Below, piece after piece: positions 37,246 through 47,338 of a stretch of 64,000 nt of DNA (position 1 is the first letter of the stretch; the number at the start of each line of letters is the position of its first letter). Origin of the DNA: Dehalococcoidia bacterium. Lineage in GTDB: Bacteria > Chloroflexota > Dehalococcoidia > UBA2979. Made by a program: the position numbers and the translations under genes. The stretch covers positions 2,112,001 through 2,176,000 of the forward strand of contig OZ253555.1 in assembly GCA_965262725.1 (NCBI GenBank), given 5' to 3'. Below the pieces are notes generated by a model. It was not told the origin of the DNA and made no database searches. It saw only the letters and a list, made by a program, of their open reading frames with translations.

Positions 37246-39954
37246 TCATCCCTCGCCGCCCTCGAGCCGCCGCGCGCGGGCGCGGAGCTCGTAGAGCCGC
37301 TGGAGCGCCTGAAGCGGCGAGAGGCCGTCCGGGTCGAGGGCGGCGAGCTCTTCTGCGAGCGACTGCGCGCCGGCCGCGGCGAGCGGGAGCTGGGCGGGGG
37401 CGGCGCCGTCCGCGGGCTCGGCCAACGCCCGGCGCCTCGCCTCCGCGTCGAGCTCGGCGAGGAGCTCCCTCGCGCGCGCGACGACCGGCCCGGGGAGCCC
37501 CGCGAGCTCGGCGACGTGCACGCCGTAGGCGCGGTCCGCCCCGCCGGGGACGATGCGGTGGAGGAGCACCACCTCACCGCCCTCGTCGCTGACCGCCACC
37601 GAGCGGTTCTCGACGCGGGGCAGCAGGCCCTCGAGCTCGGTCAGCTCCTGGTAGTGCGTGGCGAAGAGCGTGCGGGGCGTGCCTGAGGGCAGGTTGTGGA
37701 GGTGCTCGACGACTGAGCGCGCGATGGCGAGGCCGTCGTTGGTGGAGGTGCCCCGCCCGACCTCGTCCAGGATTACGAGCGAGCGCGCCGTAGCGTTATG
37801 TAATATGGATGCCGTCTCCAGCATCTCCACCATGAAGGTCGATCGCCCCGCTGCGAGGTCGTCCTGGGCCCCCACCCGCGAGAAGATGCGGTCCACCATC
37901 GCGATCCGCGCCCTCTTGGCCGGCACGTAGCAGCCGCACTGCGCGAGCAGCACGATCAGCGCCGTCTGCCGCAGGTAGGTCGACTTCCCGCCCATGTTGG
38001 GGCCGGTGAGGACCACGATGTCGGAGTCCTCGCCTAGGACACAGTCATTGGGGACGAAGGCGCCTGACGGGAGCTCGGCTTCGACGACCGGGTGCCTGCC
38101 GCCCTCGATCTCGATGGGGCCGGACTCGGCCAGCTCCGGCCGGACGTGGCCGAGCTCGACGGCGGCCTCGGCGAGGGTGGAGGCGACGTCGAGCCGCGCC
38201 ACCGCCTTACTCGCCCGAGCGATGCGCTCCCCCGACTCCGCGACCTGCGCGACGATCCGGGCGAGCGCCGCTCGCTCGGCGGCGAGCAGCCGCTCCCTCG
38301 CCGAGAGGATCTCGCTCTCAAGCGACGCGAGTGCCGGCGTGCGGAAGCGCTGCGAGCCGCTGAGCGCCTGCCTGCGCTCGAAGTCGTCGGGGACGCGCTC
38401 CGCCTGCGAGCGGGGGACCTCCAGGTAGTAGCCGAGCACGCGGTGGTAGCCGACGCGGAGCGAGGAGATCCCGGAGCGCTCGCGCTCCGCCTGCTCGAGC
38501 GCGGCGAGCGCCGAGCGGGCGCCCGTGGCAAGCGCGCGCAGCCGGTCCACCTCGGCGTCGACGCCGCTCCGTATCGTGGGCTGGTCGCCCGGCTCGGCCG
38601 GCGCGTCCTCCGCGATCACCGAGGTGATCGCCTCTGCGATCTCCTCACAGCCGCCGAGCGCCGCGGCGATGGCTCGGGGCGGGTCGCCGGCTTCCCCGGC
38701 CCGCTCCCGGAGGGCTGTGAGGCGCGCGAGGCCATGGGCGAGCTGGAGCAGGTGCCGCGCGCCGGCGCTGCCGGAGCGAACGCGGCCGAGCAGCCGCTCC
38801 AGGTCGGGGACGCCCCTGAGCCCCTCCCGCGCGCCGGAGCGGGCGAGCGTCGCGTTGACGAAGGCTTCCACCTCGTCGAGACGCGCCCCGGCCTCCGCGG
38901 CGCTCCGGAGCGGTCGGCCGAGGCGCTCGCGCAGGAGCCGCCCGCCCATCGCGGTGCGCGTGCGGTCGAGCGTCGCCACGAGCGAGACGTCGCGCTGTCG
39001 TCCGTCCGCGAAGAGGTCGAGGTTGTGGCGGGTCTGACGGTCGAGGTAGACGTGACCGGCACCGCGGACCGCGCGTGGAGGCCTGAGCGTGGCGAGTGCC
39101 TGGGGCCATCCCTCCTCCAGGTAGGCGAGGAGTGCGCCGGCGGCGCCCACTGACGCTTCCATGCCCTCCAGCCCGAATCCGTCGAGCTCGGAGACGCGGA
39201 AGCGCTCGGCAAGACGCTCGGCCGCCCGGCGGGGAGCGAAGTCGCGGGGCGGCCGCGGGGTGCGCGCGCAACCGGCTGGCGGGGTCGCGGCCGCAAGCGT
39301 GGCGCCACTTGCCTCCGGCTGGTCGGGGAGGAGCAGTTCGGCGGGGCGCAACCGCGCCCATTCACCGGCGAGCTCGCTGGCGGGCAGCAGCTCGAGCTCG
39401 AGCTCGCCCGTGGTCACGTCGCAGCGCGCAACGCCCCACGGCGCGCCCTCGCGTGCTGGGGACCTAGCCAGAGATGCGGGTGCCGCAGCGACGAGCCAGT
39501 TGTGGGCGATCCCCTCGACGGCCGCCCCTGTGTCGACGGTGCCTGGCGAGACGACCCGCACGACGCGGCGCTCCATGAGCCCCCGGCCGGGGGGCGAGAC
39601 TTGCTCCGCAATCGCCACTCGGTGACCGGTCGCCACGAGTTGCTCGACGTAGCGGTCGAGCTGGTGGTGCGGCACACCTGCCAGCGGAAGGCGCCCCTCC
39701 TCTCGTCCCATCGGGCGGGAAGTGAGCGCGATGCCCAGCACATCCGAGAGAACCTTCGCGTCGTCGTCGAAGCTCTCGTAGAAGTCGCCCATGCGGAACA
39801 GGAGCAGCGCTCCCGGGTGTTGAGCGCGTAAGCGTAGGTATTGCTCACGGGCCGGAGTGGACAGGATCGCGCGCCGATCACGGGGAGGACGTGCTGATGG
39901 TACGGTCGCTGACGGCTCATCGGCCAGCTTCACGGGTACCACGGCTAGAATCAC
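37246..39954 (-). CDS. mutS: DNA mismatch repair protein MutS (start codon uncertain)
   Basis: LLFRMGDFYESF, LTGPNMGGKSTYLRQ, STFMVEM, DEVGRGTST, FATHYQEL. Confidence 0.97.
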   Translation of the reverse strand: MILAVVPVKLADEPSATVPSARPPRDRRAILSTPAREQYLRLRAQHPGALLLFRMGDFYESFDDDAKVLSDVLGIALTSRPMGREEGRLPLAGVPHHQLDRYVEQLVATGHRVAIAEQVSPPGRGLMERRVVRVVSPGTVDTGAAVEGIAHNWLVAAAPASLARSPAREGAPWGVARCDVTTGELELELLPASELAGEWARLRPAELLLPDQPEASGATLAAATPPAGCARTPRPPRDFAPRRAAERLAERFRVSELDGFGLEGMEASVGAAGALLAYLEEGWPQALATLRPPRAVRGAGHVYLDRQTRHNLDLFADGRQRDVSLVATLDRTRTAMGGRLLRERLGRPLRSAAEAGARLDEVEAFVNATLARSGAREGLRGVPDLERLLGRVRSGSAGARHLLQLAHGLARLTALRERAGEAGDPPRAIAAALGGCEEIAEAITSVIAEDAPAEPGDQPTIRSGVDAEVDRLRALATGARSALAALEQAERERSGISSLRVGYHRVLGYYLEVPRSQAERVPDDFERRQALSGSQRFRTPALASLESEILSARERLLAAERAALARIVAQVAESGERIARASKAVARLDVASTLAEAAVELGHVRPELAESGPIEIEGGRHPVVEAELPSGAFVPNDCVLGEDSDIVVLTGPNMGGKSTYLRQTALIVLLAQCGCYVPAKRARIAMVDRIFSRVGAQDDLAAGRSTFMVEMLETASILHNATARSLVILDEVGRGTSTNDGLAIARSVVEHLHNLPSGTPRTLFATHYQELTELEGLLPRVENRSVAVSDEGGEVVLLHRIVPGGADRAYGVHVAELAGLPGPVVARARELLAELDAEARRRALAEPADGAAPAQLPLAAAGAQSLAEELAALDPDGLSPLQALQRLYELRARARRLEGGEG

Positions 39955-40056
39955 CGTCGTCGTCGGCTGCTCCAGCCAGCAGTCGGCACCGCGGTCTCAG
40001 ACCGCACTCCAGGGGAAGCAGGGGCAGGGCTACCCGTTGACCGTGGAGATCGTCTC

Positions 40057-40257
40057 TTGGACCTTGCCTATCGGCCGGAGCCGTGGCGGATCCTCGGTGA
40101 GATCGAGGCTGACGTCGCGCTGCTGCGGGAGGCAACTGAACCGCCCCCCGACGTACCCGAGAGAATCGATGTCGACTCCGCCCCGTGGTCTACCGCTGGC
40201 GCGGATGCGACGCGCCTGAGCGCCACGCAAGAGCATCACGGGGTCACTATTGAGTAG
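40057..40257 (+). CDS. Small hypothetical protein or remnant
   Basis: Only ORF-like codon pattern; no motif recognised. Confidence 0.25.
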   Translation: MDLAYRPEPWRILGEIEADVALLREATEPPPDVPERIDVDSAPWSTAGADATRLSATQEHHGVTIE

Positions 40258-40284
40258 TTTTACTCAGTATCGTATCTTGGCTCC

Positions 40285-41220
40285 ATGGATCGATTCCAGC
40301 GCGAGAGTGTGGCAACCCTCGTCTCGCGGCTCGAGGAGCCGCCGAACCGGCTGATCGCGGTCTTCGGGCCTCGACAGACCGGCAAGACCACGATGGTGCA
40401 CCAGGCACTTGCCCAAACCGATCGGCCGAACCAGTACCTCGCGGTCGATGAGCCGGCGCCGTCGGCTCCCGGCATCTCTGTCGTTGCGCCCATCGAAGAC
40501 ACTGCCCCACTTGCCGAGGAGCGCGACAGCGCCTGGCTCGTTCGCACCTGGGAGCACGCCCGGCAACGGGCGCAGGAATCGCCACAGGGCTTCGTGCTCG
40601 TCTTCGATGAGATCCAGAAGATCCCGGACTGGTCCGCCACCATCAAGGGACTCTGGGATGCCGACCGCGCCCGGAGCGTGCCCCTGCACGTCGTGGTTCT
40701 CGGCTCGGCCCCGCTGCCGATGCAGTCAGGGCTGAGCGAGAGTCTGGCCGGCCGGTTCGAACCGATCCGCATCACGCACTGGGCGTTCCCCGAGATGTCC
40801 GCAGCGTTCGACGTGACCCTCGACGAGTACCTCTACTTCGGCGGCTACCCGGGCGCCGCCACCCTCATCAGGGATGAGGAGCGGTGGCGGGACTACATCC
40901 TGCACGCGCTTGTCGAGCCCCATCTCGAGCGCGACCTCCTCGCGATGACCCGAGTGGACAAGCCGGCGTTGCTCAAGAACCTGTTCGAGCTGGGGGCGGC
41001 CTATTCCGGGCAGGTTCTCTCGTACAACAAGATGCTCGGGCAGCTGCTGGACGCCGGCAACACGACGACGCTGGCCCGCTATCTCCAGCTGCTGTCGACG
41101 GCTGGTTTGCTCACGGGACTGCCGAAGCACTCAGAGAGCTCGCAGCGCCGCAGGGCGTCGAGCCCCAAGCTCAACGTCCTCAACACGGCTCTCATGACGG
41201 CCGCGTCCGGCTACTCCGTC
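40285..41220 (+). pseudogene. AAA+ ATPase (COG1373/DUF4143 family), 3'-truncated
   Basis: GPRQTGKTT, VFDEIQKI, GLSESLAGRF, YFGGYPG, SSPKLNVLNTAL; similarity ends at TAASGYS and the ORF continues into unrelated sequence. Confidence 0.8.
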
Positions 41221-41565
41221 GGTGCCCGCGGATCCACTCGGAATCGCCCCCGGGAAACTCGCCGATGGGCCACGCTCTGCGGCGTGCCAACCGGTGGCCC
41301 ATCGGCGGAGGCGCCGGCATCCAACTGGCCGGACCTAGACGAGGGCATCAGTGTCGATGGCTTGCTCGCGGGCCGTCCGTCGGCCGAGAGCCAAGAGTCC
41401 TTCCAGCGCTGGCTCGAGGCCAAGCGGGCCCGGCTGCCCCGTGGGGTGCGACCTCCCGCTTCAGCCAGTCGTCAGTCCCCGAGATTAGGATCAGGCTGGG
41501 CGAGGGTCAGCCCTAGCAGAGGTTGATTAGCCTCTACTGCCTAGCAAGGAGCTGTTGACTCGACG

Positions 41566-42335
41566 GAGATATCGTCAAGAGTTGTGGATCGCTGGCCAGG
41601 GCAAGTCAGGCGGCGTACCTCCCGTGGCGTGCGTCGTCGCTCGCATCCGGGCTGACGGCTCGCTCCTGTAGGACGCCATCGACGAAGACTCCGCCCGCCC
41701 GGACGACGGCGACGAGATGCGGGGCATTCACCCGCCGCCAGCGCTGCTGCGCCGCGTCGAGCAGCTTGTAGGCCATCGCCAGTCCCGCCGACCGCGAGCC
41801 GGCGCCCTTCGTGACGCGCTGGCGCAGCCGCACCGTCGCGAAGGTGGACTCGATCGGGTTCGTTGTGCGCAGGTGCACGTGGTGCTCGGACGGGAAGTCG
41901 TGGAACGCGAGCAGCCGTTCGAGGTCGTCGGCGACCTTCGCTGTCGCCTTCGGCCACTGCGCGAACTGCCCGGCGAAGGTGCGCGCCGCATCCAGCGCCC
42001 CGGCGCGTCGCGGCTCCGGAGACGGCGTGGAGCGCCCGCGTCGCTTCCCCCTGGACGCGCTCGGGCAGCGACGCCAGGACGTTCGCGGTCTTGTGCACCC
42101 AGCAGCGCTGCTCACGGGTCCGGGGGAAGACCTCCCGCAGCGCCGCCCAGAACCCGAGCGCCCCGTCGCCGACCGCCAGCTCGGGGTCGCGCATGCCCCG
42201 CTCGCGCAGGTCCCGCAGCAGGTCGAGCCAGAACTGGGTGTCCTCACGGTAGCCGTCCTGCACGGCCACCAGCTCCTTGCGGCCGTCCGGGCGCACCCCG
42301 ACCAGCACCAGGCAGCAGAGCCGGTCCTCCTCGCA
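41566..42335 (-). mobile_element. IS256-family element remnant (5'-truncated, frameshifted transposase)
   Basis: GVRPDGRKELVA, LAVGDGALGFW, EQRCWVHK, then shifted frame LRTTNPIESTFATVR; end-like GAGATATCGTCAAGAGTTGTGGA at 41566. Confidence 0.88.
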
Positions 42336-42378
42336 CCTCCGAACCCGACCGTGACCCTCAGCAACGTCGTGTGCGGCG

Positions 42379-43050
42379 CTAGGTTGCCGCGGCCACTTCG
42401 AAGCGTCGCCGCATCGCGACACTGTACGCATCACTACCGTCGGGCATTCGAAACAGATGGTTGTCGGCGAGGTCCGATGCCGCTTCAGGAGACACGAGAA
42501 AATGCACGCCGCGGTTCAAGAGCCCTTCGACTAGGTAGAGGTAGGGCTCGTCGTCCTCGTTGAAGTCGACAGCAAACAAGCCCCAACACTCGTGGATGAA
42601 CGGGTCAAGTACGGAGTAAATATAGTGGATCGCCTCTATGCCGAAGTCCATGCCTGTCGGGGGCAAGAAATGCTGGATGGAGTTGCGAAGCCGACCAAAC
42701 TCCCCATATCTGGCCAGCGCTGGAACAGACACGCCTGCAGCGGCGAGCAGTCGGCTGGGCAGGTCACCGTAGCTCACGGTCCGGCCCTCATGGGCGAGTA
42801 GCGACGAGTCGAGGATTGTGTCCTCGGAGACTTCTGGGAATCTCTCGAAAATGAGGAGAGGATGCTCCTCGGCGATGCGGGCCTTAATGAGAAGCTCCCC
42901 GGCGTGCGCTGCCTGCAGCACTGACAGTTCCGGCCAGTAATCATTGGTATAGGACCAGTAGTTCGCGTGCCAGTTCGCGTGGGCGAGTGCGCCAAGCCCG
43001 AGCGCCCTCATGTGCGCAGCGATGCTGCCGATGCCGTCCCCATTCGACAC
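42379..43050 (-). CDS. HEPN-like hypothetical protein
   Basis: AAHAGELLIKARIAEEHPLLIF and LRNSIQHF (Rx4H). Confidence 0.65.
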   Translation of the reverse strand: MSNGDGIGSIAAHMRALGLGALAHANWHANYWSYTNDYWPELSVLQAAHAGELLIKARIAEEHPLLIFERFPEVSEDTILDSSLLAHEGRTVSYGDLPSRLLAAAGVSVPALARYGEFGRLRNSIQHFLPPTGMDFGIEAIHYIYSVLDPFIHECWGLFAVDFNEDDEPYLYLVEGLLNRGVHFLVSPEAASDLADNHLFRMPDGSDAYSVAMRRRFEVAAAT

Positions 43051-43116
43051 TCTGTCACCTCCCGACTCGCCAGCGAGCGATGCGACCCGGTGCCGTCTCG
43101 CTCAACGGGGAGTGAG

Positions 43117-43162
43117 CCTGTCACAGTGTAGAGTTCGGGGGTTCGAGTCCCTCCGGGTCCAC
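43117..43162 (+). other. tRNA 3'-half remnant (att-like)
   Basis: T-arm GGGGG TTCGAGT CCCTC followed by CGGGTCCAC; no valid D or anticodon arm. Confidence 0.6.
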
Positions 43163-43176
43163 GATTCTGGCCATCG

Positions 43177-44996
43177 CGTACTGTACTGCGAACTGGTGTG
43201 GAGCCACCCTGTGATGTGGTCACGCCAGTCCATGGCCGGCCCCGTTCCCGAGCGCCGGGCGTGTTCCTCTTGAGCCACTTCGGCTGCCAAAGACCGTGGC
43301 CCCGCCGCCCAGCGTCGGGGCCGTGCGCGGCCTGCCATTGGGGGGGCGCCCTGTCGCCGACCAGCCCGCGGGCGACGTGCCATTCTTGGATGTTCGGAGC
43401 CTTCTCTACTCTCAACACTGGCAGTGACGCCGCCAATGAACCCCCGCCGGGCACGACCTCCGCCCCTGCGAAACGCGTCAGCGCGTTGTCGGTTCTGGGC
43501 GCAGGCCTCGCTGCCCGCGGGTGCACCCATCACTGCAGATCACGTGAAGCCCCGCGGTCTTGATCGCAAAGGAGGGTCAATCGCCCGCCCTCGTGCGATG
43601 CAGTAATGCCTCCCGGCTTGCGATGGCAAGCACGGTGCTGGGGTTCTTGACAAGTACTTCCCCCGGTATGCCCAACGCCTGCATGATCGCGACCCAAACG
43701 GTGAACGCAGTGTCGTTAAGTGAGCTCTCGTCCTCCTTGGGTACGTGGTCTAGCTCCGGGGCAGAAATAAAGCCTTCTGGCCAACGGCCCGGGGGAGCTG
43801 TCAGGTCTGAGTCTTGAACTACGGGTACGTCGAACGTTTCCAAGTGGTCCATATACTCGGCAGTATCGATAAACGGTACGGCCCGCCAGACATTGTCGAT
43901 CGTGGCCTTGATGAAGAACGGTCCTTTCACCCCTGCGCGGCCAGCCAGCGTTCGGTGTCGGGCGATTACTCCCGCGAGAATGGAAATCAGGAGATTGAGA
44001 TTCAGTACGCGCGTAGAGCTCAGGTTCCGCTCGGCAAGGAACACCGCAAAGGACTTACCGTACTCGTAGTCAGTCCATGGTCCGAAGTCCGTCGACGCTT
44101 CATCGGAGTTAACGGAGGGGACGACTAGGTTGGGGATTGGCACAGTCACGAAAGAGTTGACCCTTCTGGAGAACTCCCAGGTGAACAGTCTGTGCTGGCG
44201 CCGATTGCTGCGTGCCTGCCTTGCCACCATTCCGTCTTGCGAGGTGTAGAAGTTGTCAAAGGGCAGAGGTTCTGAGGCCATGACAGAAACAAATTCTGAG
44301 AACGGTTCGGCGAAATAGTGGTCTAGGATCTGAAAGGGGTCGGAGGAAATGACCAAGTGTAGGTAGCTATTGTCCCTTTCGGCTTCGGACACCGCTGGTC
44401 TCCGGCCGATAAGGCTTTCCAGCAGGGAAGTTTTTTGTTCAGCTTTGCGAAGCAGCAGGTCGAAAGTGGCCCTGTCCTTTGCAGGAACCGGCGACGCGGA
44501 ATCCCCTGTTCGAACGTAGACTCGACCATCGTTGTGCACGTAGGGGGTGCTGGCGCCTTCGGGAATGCGGATCAGGACTACTGATCGTCCTTGCTCGAGA
44601 GATATGCCGTGCAGCGGCCCCTGCAGGACATGGTGGACGAAGGGCACGCTGGGCTGGAGAAGATCCTTCGCGGCGTTCCTCAGCTGCACTATGGCATCTG
44701 GGACGTCCAAGTCCGATATGCCGGGGAAGCTCTGGGCGGTGTTGTTGACGGAGTCTTCCTGCACACCAAGAAAGAGCCAGCCTCCATATCGGTTGGCGAA
44801 CGATGAGAGGCTCTTGGCCAGGTCGCGCGTCTTGGGGACTTCGGACTTGTACTCGACATACCACCCTTCGGCGACTTCTCGTAGGCTGGCCAGATGGGCT
44901 TCGGTGACTTTATGCAAGTCGGTGTCGAAGGGCGTGTAGCGCAAGGGCACCCTCGCAAACTTCAGTGGTCGGCCTACACGTACTGTACTGCGAACT
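43177..44996. repeat. 18-bp direct repeat CGTACTGTACTGCGAACT (43177-43194 and 44979-44996) flanking the AlbA gene
   Basis: Exact match seen in sequence. Confidence 0.85.
43577..44950 (-). CDS. Schlafen/AlbA_2 domain protein
   Basis: EGWYVEYKS...LAKSLSSFANRYGGWLFLGVQE...PYVHNDGRVYVRTGDS. Confidence 0.85.
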   Translation of the reverse strand: MPLRYTPFDTDLHKVTEAHLASLREVAEGWYVEYKSEVPKTRDLAKSLSSFANRYGGWLFLGVQEDSVNNTAQSFPGISDLDVPDAIVQLRNAAKDLLQPSVPFVHHVLQGPLHGISLEQGRSVVLIRIPEGASTPYVHNDGRVYVRTGDSASPVPAKDRATFDLLLRKAEQKTSLLESLIGRRPAVSEAERDNSYLHLVISSDPFQILDHYFAEPFSEFVSVMASEPLPFDNFYTSQDGMVARQARSNRRQHRLFTWEFSRRVNSFVTVPIPNLVVPSVNSDEASTDFGPWTDYEYGKSFAVFLAERNLSSTRVLNLNLLISILAGVIARHRTLAGRAGVKGPFFIKATIDNVWRAVPFIDTAEYMDHLETFDVPVVQDSDLTAPPGRWPEGFISAPELDHVPKEDESSLNDTAFTVWVAIMQALGIPGEVLVKNPSTVLAIASREALLHRTRAGD

Positions 44997-44999
44997 CTC

Positions 45000-45195
45000 G
45001 CCAGAGGACGTGCCGCTGTCGACGGCGAACGCCGACGCCTCGGCGAGAGCCAGCGCGCGCTCATCTGGTCGATCTTCGTACGCGTCCGCTCCGAGCTCGC
45101 CGCGCGTGACCTCCTCAACCTGGCCGTGGTCTTCACGGCGGCTGCCAAGTACGTGGCGACGAGCGCCGAGAGCCTGCACGACTTCGGCGGTTGAG
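45000..45195 (+). pseudogene. Fragment of a UvrD-like helicase
   Basis: RRRLGESQRALIWSIFVRVRSELAARDLLNLAVVF...HDF resembles the segment before Walker B in a UvrD-like family; recalled similarity only. Confidence 0.4.
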
Positions 45196-45290
45196 ATCCG
45201 CTACCCTGCACTGCGGTCTTCGCCGCCGCCGCGGCCGGCGACGCCCGCGCTCGTCCTATCCTCGGCTGTCGTTTCTTCAGCCGACGGTGC

Positions 45291-46409
45291 TCACCACTCG
45301 TCAGAGGGATCGCCGAGTTCGCTTGCTACGCTCTTGGCCGCGGCCTGAGCTGGTTCGATCTCGGGTAGCCGGCATTGTGCCCAGGGTCGCCCAAGGTATT
45401 CGCAGTGCAGCGGCGCCCTCGAAGAAACGCAGTCAGGCCATGCGCACTTGGTCTTCCCCTCGGGAGCCATCTTGAACGGAATGCACAGAAGTTCGCGGTC
45501 CGAGTCCCCGAACATCTTGATTAGGTAGAACTCGTCCGGGCGGTGGTAGAGGAACACCTTGTGGCACTGTAGAAGGCTCACAACCTCGGAAATCCAACCA
45601 GGGACCGCATCTATGAGTGACGGGTAGTCGGTTTCCTTTCCCATGGGATTCTCGGCATGAAGGATGTTGCCGAGCCGCCCGTAGACCGCTATCAACTTGT
45701 CTTCGCTCAGGAACCCATCTGCCCGATCTACCGGTTCGCCTCCTGCGGAACGCTTCTCCGGGTCTAAGGGCCGTGGGTAGAAGTTGGAGTGGAGGCGCTT
45801 GAGCTCCCGCAGCTTCTTGCTTATGTCCTGAGAGCTCTGAAGCTCCTTCTTCGATTTCTGCCATACGTCCTTGTTGGACACGAGGGAGCTAAACACAACG
45901 AGTTCGAGCAGCATTCGGAGTTGAAGGCAGATCGACTCAACCTGGGTTCGACTACTGATTCCTGGGATGGCCAATAGATGATCGATCGATTCGAGCCTCG
46001 ACTTGACCTCTTGCATGAGTTCGCAGTATTGGCCGATGTCGAGGCTCTCTGCCTGCTTTTTCTCCCAGTCGCAGTCTGGGCAGACTATCTTCCATCCCCA
46101 CTCGGAAAGACCCCTACCCTGGAGTTCCAGACCGTCCTCCCCACACGCAGGGCAGGTCGTGTATTCTTGTCCGTCGACCCCTTTGATCGGTTTGTCCGGG
46201 CTGAAATCGAGGCTCATCGCGGCATTGCTGAACTCGGGTATCTCCCCACACTTGGGGCATGGCTCGGTGGGCTGGATGCCGCGCATCATGAAGGCCAGCG
46301 CCGCTTCCTGATGCCCATTCGGGCATGCTCCCAAGGGAACATCCCGAGGTTCTGCCTCGCCCGCCTCAGCAAACAACGCCTCGGCCCTCCCCGCGGGTCT
46401 TCGATCCAC
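45291..46409 (-). CDS. Hypothetical protein with multiple Zn ribbons and HEPN-like helical domain
   Basis: CPNGH, CPKC, CPAC, CPDC; ESICLQLRMLLELV...YGRLGNILHAENP; Cys-rich C-terminus. Confidence 0.6.
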   Translation of the reverse strand: MDRRPAGRAEALFAEAGEAEPRDVPLGACPNGHQEAALAFMMRGIQPTEPCPKCGEIPEFSNAAMSLDFSPDKPIKGVDGQEYTTCPACGEDGLELQGRGLSEWGWKIVCPDCDWEKKQAESLDIGQYCELMQEVKSRLESIDHLLAIPGISSRTQVESICLQLRMLLELVVFSSLVSNKDVWQKSKKELQSSQDISKKLRELKRLHSNFYPRPLDPEKRSAGGEPVDRADGFLSEDKLIAVYGRLGNILHAENPMGKETDYPSLIDAVPGWISEVVSLLQCHKVFLYHRPDEFYLIKMFGDSDRELLCIPFKMAPEGKTKCAWPDCVSSRAPLHCEYLGRPWAQCRLPEIEPAQAAAKSVASELGDPSDEW

Positions 46410-46679
46410 GTGTGTCGCGACTCCTGTGCCAACGCCTGCGACTTGTAGCTGGCTATCGCGATACTAGCGCGCCGTATCGGCTACATCTCCAGGGCAAGGT
46501 AGTGCGCCCCAGCTTGGTCGCTGTGTCCACGGTTGAAGGCCGAGGCGACGGCTAACCTTGTGGCGGACTACCGATCGTCCATGGGTCACGGACGAGGAAC
46601 TCCAGCATTCGACGGCCGGCGGTACTGACCGCATGCTCACATCGCGACTGGCTAGCGGAGAGCTCGCAGTCTAGTACCT

Positions 46680-46751
46680 CCATATGCTCGGCAGTGTCGA
46701 TAGACGGTACTGCTCGCCAGACATTGTCGATCGTGGCCTCGATGAAGAACG
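46680..46751 (-). repeat. 72-bp diverged copy of an internal AlbA gene segment (43849-43920)
   Basis: About 6 mismatches counted by eye; FFIEATIDNVWRAVPSIDTAEHM vs FFIKATIDNVWRAVPFIDTAEYM. Confidence 0.85.
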
Positions 46752-46789
46752 CCGGTCCGGATGTGAGAATCGGGGTGGATTGACGCGGC

Positions 46790-47316
46790 GTGCAGACATC
46801 GCGAGTGGCTACAACCCCGCGAACCTCACCGCCCGCCGTTTCATCCCGGGCGCAGGGAGCGCGTCAGAGAGGCCGAGGCGATCTGGCATGATGAGCCTCC
46901 CGCTTTTCTGTGCCGGTGACCTGGATGCGGTGCAGAGCATCGCTGCCCTGAATCTCGACAAGACCTGGACCGCTTACGTGAACGGTGCGCCGGAGTTCGT
47001 GAACCGTGGCTTCACGCCCCTCTACATCACGCAGGAGCCGCAGGCGCCTCTGGAGCCTGAAGAGGCTGGCTATTGGCTCCTCGAGGACGGCGTGGCCACG
47101 CTTCAATCCGATCGCACGATGCCTAGCGGTCGCCGTGATGCCGTCACTCTCCGGCTCACCTGCGAGGGTGAGCGCCCGTCAGTGGCCGTGGGATCAAGTC
47201 ATGTTTCTTCGACCGACCATGGAGGCGAGCTGTACCGAAAGCGCAATGGGCCAGGAGGTTCGTCACTACGCACAGCGGAACAGTCATGCCGATGTTCGTG
47301 CACCGGTAGAGGGTGA
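46790..47316 (+). pseudogene. Decayed fragment of a secreted/surface protein
   Basis: WTAYVNGAPEFVNRGF motif, then LRLTCEG; no clean start or signal peptide. Confidence 0.35.
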
Positions 47317-47338
47317 CCCACGAAGATGGGAGACGGTC

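Noticed and set aside
41221-41526. C-terminal part of the 413-aa AAA ORF
   Set aside because: Unrelated to the DUF4143 tail; read-through past a rearrangement junction
43084-43162. Complete tRNA-Asp or tRNA-Val gene
   Set aside because: Only the T-arm and acceptor 3' side are good; D and anticodon stems do not pair and CCA is absent
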